From NCBI GenBank assembly GCA_041946735.1, contig JBHGAY010000020.1, forward strand, positions 32,001 to 96,000: a DNA stretch of 64,000 nucleotides, read 5' to 3'. Source of the stretch: Candidatus Eiseniibacteriota bacterium (GTDB lineage: Bacteria; Eisenbacteria; RBG-16-71-46; CAIMUX01; VGJL01). Of the stretch, positions 19,849 through 31,167 are shown in pieces (position 1 is the stretch's first letter; each line of letters opens with the position of its first letter). A program made the translations under genes and the position numbers. The notes under the pieces were generated by a model. It was not told the DNA's origin and did no database searches. It saw nothing but the letters and a program-made list of their open reading frames with translations.

Positions 19849-20576
19849 CCCCCCTCTCCCAGGTCGACGACCTCGGTGCCGGCCGGAGGGACGAAGCGGA
19901 AGTCCCCGGGATCCAGGGAAGGATCGGGGCGGACGTCGCGCAGGCGAAGCCGCGTGCGGTTGCCCTCGCCGTCGGCCGCCTCGTACCCGAGGATCGAGCG
20001 GCCGTCCGAGGCGACCCAGACGCGCAGCGCTTCGATCGGAAGTTGCGAGCCCGGGGTCAGCTCGAGCCGGACGGCGCCGGGCGCGAAGGCCGGGTCGTCC
20101 TGCGCCGAGTCGGCCTTCGCGCCGGCGAGAGCCCAGTCGAGGAGATCGGCGCCGCGTCGCGCGTCGGGACCGAGCGGCATCCGGATCGCCTGCTTCTGCT
20201 CCGGCACGTAGGTCCAGACGTAGACGCCGTCACAGACCTGCCGCTGGCCGCTCGGAGCGTCGAAGGTGAGATCGAAGAACCGGGGGCGCAGGATGCGCAT
20301 CGTCCCTTGCGACACGACCGGCTCGTCGAATCCCACGAACTGCTGCGTCTGCTCGAAGCGAGCGGTGAAGCTCTTGCGGCCCTCCCAGTGCTCCCGCATG
20401 GCGGCGAGCAGGGCCGGGGCATCGGAACGCCCGGCCGCGGCGGCTGTCGCCGGACGCTCCTGCGCAGCCGCCGGCCAAGCGCCGCCGCTCAGGCAAAGGA
20501 CGGCGAGCAGCAACAGCACCGGCAGTAGCGGCAAGAGCGGCGCCCGCGCGCGCAAGCGGCTAGACGGCTCTCGCAT
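19845..20576 (-). CDS. lolA: Outer membrane lipoprotein carrier LolA
   Basis: FTARFEQ, G.MRILRP, CDGVYVWTY, FRFVPPAGTEV; lies directly downstream of ftsK. Confidence 0.85.
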   Translation of the reverse strand: MREPSSRLRARAPLLPLLPVLLLLAVLCLSGGAWPAAAQERPATAAAAGRSDAPALLAAMREHWEGRKSFTARFEQTQQFVGFDEPVVSQGTMRILRPRFFDLTFDAPSGQRQVCDGVYVWTYVPEQKQAIRMPLGPDARRGADLLDWALAGAKADSAQDDPAFAPGAVRLELTPGSQLPIEALRVWVASDGRSILGYEAADGEGNRTRLRLRDVRPDPSLDPGDFRFVPPAGTEVVDLGEGG

Positions 20577-22878
20577 CCTGTTTCCTCGCATCGAATTCCT
20601 CCAGATATCTCTCGTCGACCATCACGTCCCGCGCTTTGCTGCCGTCGTACGGGGAGACCACACCGGCGCTCTCGAGAAGGTCCATCAACCGCGCGGCGCG
20701 CGAATATCCGACCTTCAACCGGCGCTGGAGGAAGGAAACGGAAGCCTGCCGTTCGCGGACGACCAGCCGCAGGGCGTCACCGAACATCTCATCCTCGCGG
20801 GCCGGGTCGGAAGGCCCTTCGGTCTCCTCCTCGGTGAAGAGGGTATCCGCCTCGGGCTGCTCACGCAGGAACGAGGCGACCCGCTCCGCATCCCCCTCGG
20901 TGCAGAAAGCGCCGTGCACGCGGATCGCCTCTCCCTTGCCCGGAGGGATGAAGAGCATGTCTCCCCGGCCGAGGAGGAACTCCGCGCCGCCGGCGTCGAG
21001 GATCGTGCGGGAGTCGATCCGCGAGGCGACCTGGAAGGAGATTCGCGCCGGGAAGTTCGCTTTGATGACGCCGGTCAGGACGTCCACGGAAGGACGCTGG
21101 GTCGCGAGGATCATATGGATGCCGACCGCCCGGGCCATGTGCGCGAGCCGGCTGATCGATCCCTCGATCTCGGCTCCCTGCGTCAGCATCAGATCGGCCA
21201 GCTCGTCGACCACGACGACCACGTACGGCAGGTTCTCCATCTCCTCGCTGTCGGGCGCGGTGACCGGCGCCGCTCCGTCGCCTTTCGCCGGCCCCTTCGC
21301 CGCCGGCCCCTTCACTGCCGGCGGCTTTCCCGGCTCCCCCGCCGCGCGGCGGCGGTATCCCTCGATGTTGCGGACGCCGAAACGGGAAAGGACGCGGTAG
21401 CGCCGGTCCATCTCTCCGCAGAGCCATTCGAGCATCCGCGACGCCTGCTTCGGCTCGGTCACGACCGGGCAGAGGAGCGAGGGGATCCCGTCGTACGGAG
21501 TGAGCTCGAGCCGCTTCGGATCGATGAGCAACAGGCGCAGCTCCTCCGGAGTGCGGCGGAAGAGAAGCGAGAGCAGGAGCGCGTTCAGGCAGACGCTCTT
21601 CCCGGAGCCGGTCGTGCCGGCGACGAGCAGGTGCGGCATGCGGTCGAGATCCGCGAAGACCGGGATGCCGGCGATGTCGCGCCCCAGCGCGAGCGCGAGG
21701 AATCCCTGCTGCTGCGACCAGTCCTCCGCCTCCAGGATCTCCTTCAGCGAGATCAGGGCCTGCCGGCGGTTCGGGACCTCGATCCCAACGGCCGCCTTGC
21801 CCGGGATCGGCGCGACGAGGCGAATCCGCTTCGCGCGCAAGGCGAGCGCCAGGTCGTCGACGCGGCTCACGATCTGGCTGACGCGGACCCCGGTCCCCGG
21901 CTCGAACTCGTAGCGGGTCACGATCGGACCCGGGTGCACCTCTCCCACCTTGCCCTCGACGCCGAAGTTCTTCAGCGTTCGGACGAGGAGCTTCGAAGTA
22001 TCGAGAATCTCTTCGCGGTCGACCGCGCCGCGCGTGCCTTCGAGATCCTCGAGCAGCGTCACGTCGGGCAGCTTGCGCGCGCCGGAGCCGGAGGGACGAA
22101 ACGGCGGACGGCGCGATGGCGCGCTCCGCCGCGATTGGATCCGCGGCTCGGCGAACGCCTCGGCCTCCTCTTCGGAGCCCTTCGAGGCTGCGCCTCCGCC
22201 TTCCTCCTGATCCTCTTCTTCCTCCTCGTCGAGCCGGGAGGCGCCTCGCGCCGTCCCGCGCCCCAGCGCCGCGCGCGGATCGATCCGGGCGGTCCGTCCC
22301 GCTCGTTCGGAGCGCTCGGAGCTCGAAGCCGCCGCCCGCGGCGCGGCGCGCCGGTCCTCGCGCGGCCGCGAGTCGCGGGCGAGCGTGGGGACCGAGGGGA
22401 GGGGCAGCCGGGCGAGGCCGTCGCGCGCGGCGGCGGGAAGCGCGAAACGCCAGGCGATCCAGAGGGAGACGACCGCGAGCGCCGCGACGGCGATCCAGCT
22501 TCCCCAGGGACCGAGGATCGACTGCAGTCCGCTCAGGCCCGCCGCTCCGGCGGCGCCGGTCATCGGCTCGAGCGGGGAGAGGGCGACGGAAGCGACGGAG
22601 GCGAGAGGGAGCAGGAGCGCGGCGAGGCGGAGCACCGACCTCTTGCGTCCCCCGAAGAGCCAGAGGATCGCGATCGGGGGCAGCATGGCCCACGATCCCC
22701 AGGCGAGGATCGGCCCGAGCAGCCCCACGATCCCGTCGGCCGCCCAATCCGCGAGCGGACCGCATGCGGGGTCGCCGGCCTCATGGGACAGGAGCGCCAG
22801 ACCGAGGAGGGCCGCCAGGAGGAGGAGCAGGATCCCCTGCAGAGGGGCCGCACTCCGCTCTTGGGACGACGCCGGCAT
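20560..22878 (-). CDS. ftsK: DNA translocase FtsK
   Basis: N-terminal TMs; PHLLVAGTTGSGKS, DELADLM, ATQRPS; gamma domain LQRRLKVGYSRAARL. Confidence 0.96.
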   Translation of the reverse strand: MPASSQERSAAPLQGILLLLLAALLGLALLSHEAGDPACGPLADWAADGIVGLLGPILAWGSWAMLPPIAILWLFGGRKRSVLRLAALLLPLASVASVALSPLEPMTGAAGAAGLSGLQSILGPWGSWIAVAALAVVSLWIAWRFALPAAARDGLARLPLPSVPTLARDSRPREDRRAAPRAAASSSERSERAGRTARIDPRAALGRGTARGASRLDEEEEEDQEEGGGAASKGSEEEAEAFAEPRIQSRRSAPSRRPPFRPSGSGARKLPDVTLLEDLEGTRGAVDREEILDTSKLLVRTLKNFGVEGKVGEVHPGPIVTRYEFEPGTGVRVSQIVSRVDDLALALRAKRIRLVAPIPGKAAVGIEVPNRRQALISLKEILEAEDWSQQQGFLALALGRDIAGIPVFADLDRMPHLLVAGTTGSGKSVCLNALLLSLLFRRTPEELRLLLIDPKRLELTPYDGIPSLLCPVVTEPKQASRMLEWLCGEMDRRYRVLSRFGVRNIEGYRRRAAGEPGKPPAVKGPAAKGPAKGDGAAPVTAPDSEEMENLPYVVVVVDELADLMLTQGAEIEGSISRLAHMARAVGIHMILATQRPSVDVLTGVIKANFPARISFQVASRIDSRTILDAGGAEFLLGRGDMLFIPPGKGEAIRVHGAFCTEGDAERVASFLREQPEADTLFTEEETEGPSDPAREDEMFGDALRLVVRERQASVSFLQRRLKVGYSRAARLMDLLESAGVVSPYDGSKARDVMVDERYLEEFDARKQDARAV

Positions 22879-22889
22879 CGCGACTCCGA

Positions 22890-24254
<1,365 letters not shown>

Positions 24255-25430
24255 CTAGAAGTGGCTCTTCAGCATCTCCACCCGGTCGGTCCGCTCCCAC
24301 GGGAACCCGGCGTCGTCGCGCCCGAAATGGCCGTAGGCCGCCGTCTTCCTGTACATCGGCCGCAGCAGGTCGAGATCGCGGATGATCGCCCGCGGACGCA
24401 GGTCGAAGCTCCCGCGCACGGCGGCGAGGATCTTCTCCGGATCGGCATGGTGCGTCCCGAACGTCTCGATGTGGATCGAGACCGGCTCCGCGATGCCGAT
24501 CGCGTAGGCCAGCTGGATCTGCGCGCGATCGGCGAGGCCGGCCGCGACCACGTTCTTCGCCACCCAACGGGCGGCGTAGGTCGCCGAGCGGTCGACCTTC
24601 GAGGGGTCCTTCCCCGAGAAGGCGCCGCCGCCGTGCGGAGCGAGGCCGCCGTAGGTGTCGACGATGATCTTGCGCCCGGTCAGACCGGTGTCGGCCCATG
24701 GGCCGCCGCGCACGAACCGCCCGGTCGGATTGATGTGATAGACGATCTTCTCCGGATCGGCGAGGTCTTTCGGCAGGACCGGGACGATCACCTCGCTGCG
24801 GAGCGCCTCCCGCACCGTCTCGATCGGGACCTCCGCCTTGTGCTGCGCGGAAAGCACGATCGTGTGCACGCGGACCGGACGATCCGTCTCGTCGTACTCG
24901 ACGGTGACCTGGCACTTGCCGTCGGGACCGAGAAAGTCGACCTTGCCCTCGGAGCGCACGAGCCCCAGGCGCGCGGAGATCTTGTGCGCGAGCTGGATCG
25001 GCAGCGGCATCAGCTCCGGCGTCTCGCGAACCGCGTAGCCAAACATGATCCCCTGGTCGCCCGCCCCTTGATCCAGCTCGTGGGCGGAGTCGCGGTTGAC
25101 CCCCTGGGCGATGTCCGGGGACTGCTCGTCGATCGAGCTGATCACCGCGCAGGTCTCCCAGTCGAAGCCGTAGGACGGATCGGTGTAGCCGATGTCGCGG
25201 ATCGTCTCCCGGACGACGCGCGGCAGATCGGCATAGGCGTTCGTCGAGATCTCGCCGGAGATGAACGCGAGCCCGGTCGTGACCAGGCACTCGCACGCCA
25301 CGCGGCACGACTTGTCCTCTTGCAGCAGCGCGTCGAGGACGGCATCGGAGATCTGGTCGGCGACCTTGTCCGGGTGTCCGGCCGCTACCGACTCGGAGGT
25401 GATCAGGTGGGTACGCGACATCGAAGCCAT
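24255..25430 (-). CDS. metK: S-adenosylmethionine synthetase
   Basis: [34 protein letters not shown]. Confidence 0.97.
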   Translation of the reverse strand: MASMSRTHLITSESVAAGHPDKVADQISDAVLDALLQEDKSCRVACECLVTTGLAFISGEISTNAYADLPRVVRETIRDIGYTDPSYGFDWETCAVISSIDEQSPDIAQGVNRDSAHELDQGAGDQGIMFGYAVRETPELMPLPIQLAHKISARLGLVRSEGKVDFLGPDGKCQVTVEYDETDRPVRVHTIVLSAQHKAEVPIETVREALRSEVIVPVLPKDLADPEKIVYHINPTGRFVRGGPWADTGLTGRKIIVDTYGGLAPHGGGAFSGKDPSKVDRSATYAARWVAKNVVAAGLADRAQIQLAYAIGIAEPVSIHIETFGTHHADPEKILAAVRGSFDLRPRAIIRDLDLLRPMYRKTAAYGHFGRDDAGFPWERTDRVEMLKSHF

Positions 25431-25478
25431 GGAAAGACTCCTTCTTCCGCCTGCGCTATGGGTCGACTCAAAGGGGGG

Positions 25479-25507
25479 AGGGTACCGGGACGCGGCCGGT
25501 GAAGCAA
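25479..25507 (-). promoter_or_regulatory. Putative sigma70 promoter of metK
   Basis: Minus strand TTGCTT-N17-TACCCT. Confidence 0.45.
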
Positions 25508-25508
25508 G

Positions 25509-26513
25509 CTAGGAGGATGGCTCCCCTCCCGACAGGATCACCTCCGAGGAATCCCCCACGTTCAGCACCTGGAACGAACCCCGCACGATCGCATTCTCGC
25601 CGACCACCGATCCGTCGAGGAGCACGTCGCACACCTCGGCGCTCTCGTTGATGATCGAGTTGCGGAGAATCGAGCCGTGGACGGTCGCTCCTGCGGCGAT
25701 CGAGACGTACGGGCCGACGATCGATTGGGAGACGCGCGCGCTCGGATCGATCGACACCGGGTGGTTCACGACGACTCCCGGAATGCTCGGCGACGAGGGC
25801 AGCAGATCGAGCAGGTAACGGTTCGTCGACAGGAGGGTCTCCGTCTTGCCGCAATCGAACCAACCGTCCACCTCGTGCACGCGCATCGTCGCCCCCTCGA
25901 GCAGGATCGCCTGCAGCGCGTCCGTCAGCTGGAACTCGCCCCGCGTTCGCCGGCTCTCCTCGATGAGCGAGGCGAGCGCCAGAAACAGCCTCGTCGATTC
26001 CGGAAGGTAGTAGAGGCCGACCAGCGCGAGGTTGCTCGTCGGATGCTCCGGCTTCTCGGTCATCGCGCGGACCTTCCGGTCGCCATCCAGCTCGACGATC
26101 CCGAACCGCTGCGGGTCCTCGACCTCCTTCACGCCGAGCACGATCTCCTCCCCAGAGAGAAAGAGAGAGAGATCCGTGTGGACGATGGTGTCGCCGAGGA
26201 CGATCACGATCGGCCCGCCGCCGACACGCTCGCTCGCCAGGTAGACGGCATGCCCGAGCCCGAGCGGCTCGGGCTGCTCGACGAACTCCACGGCCGAGCC
26301 GTACCTCCGGCCCACGTAGTCCCGAATCCGGTCGCCGCGATAGCCGACGACCACGATGACCTTTTCGACCCCCTCGCCGATCAAGCCGTCGAGGATGTGG
26401 GCCAGGATCGGCCTCCCCGCGACGTTGATCAGCGCTTTCGGGATCGTGTGGGTGTGGGGCCGCAGCCGCGTGCCGACGCCCGCCGCCGGCACGATCGCCA
26501 CCACTCGGCTCAT
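25509..26513 (-). CDS. Sugar-phosphate nucleotidyltransferase (long-form RmlA/GMPP-like, with C-terminal left-handed beta-helix)
   Basis: AAGVGTRLRPHT..IPK, EPLGLGHAV, EKP, WFDCG; hexapeptide repeats at the C-terminus. Confidence 0.9.
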   Translation of the reverse strand: MSRVVAIVPAAGVGTRLRPHTHTIPKALINVAGRPILAHILDGLIGEGVEKVIVVVGYRGDRIRDYVGRRYGSAVEFVEQPEPLGLGHAVYLASERVGGGPIVIVLGDTIVHTDLSLFLSGEEIVLGVKEVEDPQRFGIVELDGDRKVRAMTEKPEHPTSNLALVGLYYLPESTRLFLALASLIEESRRTRGEFQLTDALQAILLEGATMRVHEVDGWFDCGKTETLLSTNRYLLDLLPSSPSIPGVVVNHPVSIDPSARVSQSIVGPYVSIAAGATVHGSILRNSIINESAEVCDVLLDGSVVGENAIVRGSFQVLNVGDSSEVILSGGEPSS

Positions 26514-27523
26514 CGTTCCTCCTTCGCCAGCGCGGCTCGCAGCCGCCGGATCGCCTCGACCGGAACCGGATCGACTCCACTCGCCTCGGCCAGCTCGACG
26601 CTCACCCTGTCCCCCAGGAAGATTTCGGCCAGCAGTCCGGGCAAGCCGCTCGCCTCGGCCGGCGCCACGACCTCGAACGGCAGGCCCGATGCGGCCGCCT
26701 CTTCCCTGAGCGCCTCGAGCAGGCGGGCGGTCCTCGGGGCCTCCCGATCCGGATCGGGAAACGCCCAGAAAGAAGCGGGCACGCCCGACCCGGCGAGCGA
26801 GGCCCAGCCCATCACCTCGTTGTGAGCCATCTCCGGGAGGCCGGAGACGAAGCAGGATCGCTTGGCGTTTTCCAGGATCTGGTTGCGCCATCGCAAGGCG
26901 GCGACGGCGCGCGACGGTCCGACGGGGATCAAGACCGGAATGCGGTTTCCCATCGCTTCGGCGATCCGCTTCGGTTCCCGCCCCGCGGGAGGAGAGGCGG
27001 CCTCCGCCCTGAGCAGCGCAACCGCGGCCGTGATCTCCTCCTCCGCCTCGGCGCGGACCGCCCGCAACGCCGCCGCGAGCAGGTACGGAAGCGACGCGCG
27101 CGGAGGAAGGCCCGGGGGGACTGTCGAGACGGGCACGCCCGCGTTCCGGCACTCCTCGAGCAGCCGGCCGCCCGATGCGATCGCATGCGTCGGGACGCCC
27201 CGCACGATCGCCTCGCGCAGCAGCGACAGCGCCTCCCACGTCTCGCCGGAATAGCTGATCAGGACGAGGCGATCGAGGGGCCCGATCCAGCCGGGCAGCT
27301 CGGCGTCGAGCCAGACGAGCGTGGGGCGTCCCTTCTCCTGCAGGAAGCTCGAGGCGACCGCTCCGGCCATGCCGGATCCGCCCATGCCGGCAAAGACGAG
27401 GATCCGGCCCGGCTCGAGCCGGGACGCTGCCTCGCGCGGCGTGCTCCATCCTTGTTCCAGCATGTCGGGAAACGCCTCGACGAGCTTGCGCATCGCGGGC
27501 GCCGGAACGCCGGATCGACTCAT
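26510..27523 (-). CDS. Bifunctional phosphoglucose/phosphomannose isomerase (SIS domain)
   Basis: GMGGSG, SYSGETWE, PPRASL, QILENAK, PEMAHNE. Confidence 0.85.
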   Translation of the reverse strand: MSRSGVPAPAMRKLVEAFPDMLEQGWSTPREAASRLEPGRILVFAGMGGSGMAGAVASSFLQEKGRPTLVWLDAELPGWIGPLDRLVLISYSGETWEALSLLREAIVRGVPTHAIASGGRLLEECRNAGVPVSTVPPGLPPRASLPYLLAAALRAVRAEAEEEITAAVALLRAEAASPPAGREPKRIAEAMGNRIPVLIPVGPSRAVAALRWRNQILENAKRSCFVSGLPEMAHNEVMGWASLAGSGVPASFWAFPDPDREAPRTARLLEALREEAAASGLPFEVVAPAEASGLPGLLAEIFLGDRVSVELAEASGVDPVPVEAIRRLRAALAKEER

Positions 27524-27540
27524 CGGATCCTCCTGGCGGC

Positions 27541-29343
27541 TCACTGGAAGGCGTCCAGGTCGAGTCCGGCCGCGCGGAGTCCCGACTCCAGCAACGCGCG
27601 CACGTCGTCGCTCGTCGGCGAGGAGAGAGCCGCGAGGGCAAGGGACTCCAGGCCGGCCAGCCGCACGCTCGAGACGAGCGCGCGGACCATCGGAATCTGA
27701 TATGGAGAGACGCTCAGCTGATGGCAGCCGAGACCGAGGAGGACGAGCGCGCCGAGCGGCTGTCCCGACATCTCCCCGCAAGAGGAGACGCTGATCCCCG
27801 CCTCGCGCCCTGCCAGGATCGTCTGTCGCAGCAGGCGCAGGACCGACGGGTGGAACGGATCGTAGAGGTGCGCGATCTTTTCGTTCCCGCGGTCGACGGC
27901 CAGCGTGTACTGGATGAGATCGTTCGACCCGATCGAGAAGAAGTCCGCCTCGCGGGCGAGCAGGTCGGCGATCGCGACCGCGGCCGGGATCTCGATCATG
28001 ACTCCGAGCGGCACCGCGTCGGGAACCGACACTCCTTCCTGCCGCACCTCTCGAATGCACTCGGCCAGGTGCCGGCGCGCGGCACGCAGCTCCTCCACGC
28101 AGCTCACCATCGGCAGCATGATCCGCACGCTCCCCGCCGTCGACGCCCGCAGGATCGCGCGGAGCTGCACGCGGAAGATGTCGGGATGGGCGAGCGAGAA
28201 GCGGATCCCGCGCAAGCCGAGGAACGGGTTGTCCTCGCGCGACGTGCCGAGGTAGGAGGCGAGCTTGTCGCCCCCGAGATCCATCGTGCGGATCGTGACG
28301 CCGCGGCCGCGCATCCGCCGGACCGCCTGGCGGTAGACCCGCGTCTGCGCCTCCTCGTCGGGCAGTCGCGGCTCGCGGATGAAGAAGAACTCGGTGCGGT
28401 AGAGCCCGACGCCGTCCGCTCCCTTGTCGTGCGCCTCGCCGGCGTCCGCCGGCAGGTCGATGTTCGCGAGGATCGCCACCTCATGGCCGTCGGCCGTCGT
28501 GAGGTGGCGGCGGGGCGCGGCCGGCAGCGAGCCGGCCAGCTTCTTCCGCTCGTCCCGCCGCTTCTGGAAGCGGCGGACCTCGGCGGGCGAAGGGCGGACG
28601 ACGATCTCCCCCGTGTAACCGTCCACCAGGATCGTGTCGCCTTCCCGGACCTTCGGCGCCGTCTCGCCGAGCCCGACGACCGCCGGGATTCCGCGGCTGC
28701 GCGCCAAGATCGCCACGTGCGAGGTCGGGCCGCCATGATCGGTGACGAATCCGAGGATCCGGTCCCGATCGAGCGAGGCGGTCTCGCTGGGCGTCAGATC
28801 CGAGGCGACCAGGACGACGGGCCGGTTGGGAAGGTGCAGCGGCTCGTTGGAATCGTCGCCGAGGTGGCGGACGATCCTGCGCTTCACGTCCCGGAGATCG
28901 ACGGAGCGGCTGCGGAAGTAGTCGGTCTCCGCCTGCTCGAACTTCGTCGCGAGAGCGCGGAAGACGCGCCGCACCGCCGACTCCGCGCTCAGGCGCTCCG
29001 TCTCGATCAGCTCGGTGATCTCTCGCAGGACCACCTGGTCCTCGAGGATCATCCGGTGCGCTTCGAGGATGGGGGTGCCGGGATCCTCCGGATCGACGAT
29101 GAGACATTCCTTCAGCGCCTGGATCTCATCGCGCGCGCGGCGGACCGCGACCCGGAAGCGGCGCAGCTCGCCGCGAACTTCTCGCGCGGCGACGGTCTTC
29201 TCGACCGCCGTGCCTTCGTCGCGGCTGACGACGTGCGCGGGTCCGGCGACGAGTCCCGGGGACGCAGGCACTCCACGGGCACGAACCGTGGCTCCCGCCC
29301 CGGCTCCCGCTCCTCCTGTCTCCGCCTTGCGCGTCTCCATCAT
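27541..29343 (-). CDS. ptsI: PTS enzyme I (PEP-protein phosphotransferase)
   Basis: [12 protein letters not shown] (phospho-His), [32 protein letters not shown]. Confidence 0.95.
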   Translation of the reverse strand: MMETRKAETGGAGAGAGATVRARGVPASPGLVAGPAHVVSRDEGTAVEKTVAAREVRGELRRFRVAVRRARDEIQALKECLIVDPEDPGTPILEAHRMILEDQVVLREITELIETERLSAESAVRRVFRALATKFEQAETDYFRSRSVDLRDVKRRIVRHLGDDSNEPLHLPNRPVVLVASDLTPSETASLDRDRILGFVTDHGGPTSHVAILARSRGIPAVVGLGETAPKVREGDTILVDGYTGEIVVRPSPAEVRRFQKRRDERKKLAGSLPAAPRRHLTTADGHEVAILANIDLPADAGEAHDKGADGVGLYRTEFFFIREPRLPDEEAQTRVYRQAVRRMRGRGVTIRTMDLGGDKLASYLGTSREDNPFLGLRGIRFSLAHPDIFRVQLRAILRASTAGSVRIMLPMVSCVEELRAARRHLAECIREVRQEGVSVPDAVPLGVMIEIPAAVAIADLLAREADFFSIGSNDLIQYTLAVDRGNEKIAHLYDPFHPSVLRLLRQTILAGREAGISVSSCGEMSGQPLGALVLLGLGCHQLSVSPYQIPMVRALVSSVRLAGLESLALAALSSPTSDDVRALLESGLRAAGLDLDAFQ

Positions 29344-29612
29344 GAGCCGTCCTCGCCGAAGCGCGAGTCGATCAGATGGACCAGCGAGTCGATCGCCCGT
29401 TCCTCGTCCGGGCCCGAGGCCCGGATCGTCAGCTCGGCGCCCGCCTCCGCCGCCAGCATCATCACTCCCATGATGCTCTTGCCGTTGACCGTCAGGTCGC
29501 CGTTGGTCACGAAGATCTCCGACTGGAACTCGGCCGCCTTCTTGACGAAGAGCGCGGCGGGACGCGCGTGAATCCCCGGATGGTTTCGGACGATGACCGT
29601 TTTCTCCACCAA
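29340..29612 (-). CDS. ptsH: Phosphocarrier protein HPr
   Basis: GIHARPAA (His15) and GKSIMG (Ser46); TTG/GTG start at 29612/29609. Confidence 0.93.
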   Translation of the reverse strand: MVEKTVIVRNHPGIHARPAALFVKKAAEFQSEIFVTNGDLTVNGKSIMGVMMLAAEAGAELTIRASGPDEERAIDSLVHLIDSRFGEDGS

Positions 29613-29629
29613 CGGATCCTTCCCCGGAT

Positions 29630-30475
29630 CTACCGGCTGATCCCGCCCGGCAGATGGAGCAGATGGAACGAAGCCAGAAGCCACCCGAGCAGGCCGAGCA
29701 GCAGCGCGGCGATCGGAAGCCCCCACGTTCCCAGTCCCCTCCGCCGGAATCGCGATCCGAGAGCCAGCACGAGAACGACCCAGGCGATCCCCGCGATCGC
29801 TCTCCCCCAGGAGGATTTCGGCGAGTCGATCCAGATCGCGGCTCCCGCAACCCCTCCAAGCATCCCGAGGGAGAGAGCGAACAGCCGTGCCAAGCGGGGC
29901 GGCCATCGCAGCAGCCCTTCCTGCGAGAGGTCGGCGAGGATGCTCGCGCTCCCCCGCCTTCCCGCCTGAAGGCTCCGCCATCGGAGGTACAGCTCGGGCG
30001 CATTGTACACCAGCAGCAGCGTCGCCGCCGCGATCGCCCCGGCCCATCGAGCGGCCGGCACGGCGGAGGACGGATCGGGCGAGAGCAGCGCGAGCGCGGC
30101 GACGAGCGCGAGGAGGACCGACGCCGGACGCAGCAGTCCCCAGACGAGACGGTCGCCGATCGCGCCGAGCGTGGAGAGGAGCGTCCCGCGCCGCGGAGCG
30201 AGCGCCGGTGCGCCTTCCTCCGCGATCCAGCCGAGCGCGTATCCGGCGAGCGAGGGGTTCGCCTGGAACGGTTCGGTCTCCGGTGGAACCTCGAGAGGCT
30301 CGAGAGCCCAGTTGCGCCCGGCACGCTGCAGTCCGCGAGGATTGAAGGAAGCCTCGAGCAGAAGGGTCCGAACGAGTAGCGCGAAACTCGACGCCGGTCC
30401 CCCCGGCCTCTTGCTGGGCGAGGGACCGGGCTGCGATGGCGTCGATCCGCCCGGCGGACGGACTCCGGCGCTCAT
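29630..30475 (-). CDS. PTS mannose/fructose/sorbose family IID (divergent)
   Basis: [29 protein letters not shown]; gene context. Confidence 0.75.
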   Translation of the reverse strand: MSAGVRPPGGSTPSQPGPSPSKRPGGPASSFALLVRTLLLEASFNPRGLQRAGRNWALEPLEVPPETEPFQANPSLAGYALGWIAEEGAPALAPRRGTLLSTLGAIGDRLVWGLLRPASVLLALVAALALLSPDPSSAVPAARWAGAIAAATLLLVYNAPELYLRWRSLQAGRRGSASILADLSQEGLLRWPPRLARLFALSLGMLGGVAGAAIWIDSPKSSWGRAIAGIAWVVLVLALGSRFRRRGLGTWGLPIAALLLGLLGWLLASFHLLHLPGGISR

Positions 30476-31167
30476 CGTAGGATCCCGTCGAGGAGGATCC
30501 GACCGGTGGCGCCGATCGCAAGGCCGGCTCCGAGCCAGAGGTAGGAGCCTCGGCCGGCCAGCTCCGTCCGCACCCGAGGAAGGAGGGACGCGACGGCGAG
30601 TGTGCTCGCGGCCGCGAGGAGCGACCAGACAAGCCAGGGATGCGTCGCCGCGGGCCAGGGAACGGCGCGCCGGAGGATCCAGCCGAGGGCGAGAGCCAAG
30701 GTGGCCCCCGCGACCCCCCGCGTGAAGGCGCCCGCCACGCCTCCCGCGATCGCGCCGCCCCAGCCGCCCCCGGCGCGCAGCGCCCGCTCCTCGCGCCGGC
30801 CGTTCGCCTCGCGCAGCTGCGCCTCCCAGGCAACGCCGAGCGCGCCGACGGCGAGTCCGGCGACGAGCGCGACGGTCCAGCCGAGGTCGCCGGGAAGGAG
30901 CGACGCGACGATCACCGCGGCGACCGCGGCCGTCCCGGTGTCGGGGAGTAGCGCGCCGCCGACCGGAAGGGGAGCCGGCCACACGAGCTGGAGCCAGATG
31001 CCAGCGAGCGCGCCGCGCAACGGATCGCCGAGCAACAGCCCGGCGACCGACGCCGCGACGAGCGGCTGGTGCAGCTGGCGCGCGCCGAGCGCGCGCTGAT
31101 CGGCGGAGCAGAGCCCGCCCCAGAGGATGGCGAGGACGAGGCCGAATGCTCCGGGAGCGTGCATCAT
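30472..31167 (-). CDS. PTS mannose/fructose/sorbose family IIC (divergent)
   Basis: QLHQPLV...GLLLGD...G...LQLVW and PVGGA..PD; very hydrophobic. Confidence 0.8.
   Translation of the reverse strand: MMHAPGAFGLVLAILWGGLCSADQRALGARQLHQPLVAASVAGLLLGDPLRGALAGIWLQLVWPAPLPVGGALLPDTGTAAVAAVIVASLLPGDLGWTVALVAGLAVGALGVAWEAQLREANGRREERALRAGGGWGGAIAGGVAGAFTRGVAGATLALALGWILRRAVPWPAATHPWLVWSLLAAASTLAVASLLPRVRTELAGRGSYLWLGAGLAIGATGRILLDGILR

Noticed and set aside
25431..25508. Possible SAM riboswitch upstream of metK
   Set aside because: The predicted leader is only about 40 nt and I see no SAM-I, II, III, V or SAM/SAH consensus. An Rfam scan would settle it.
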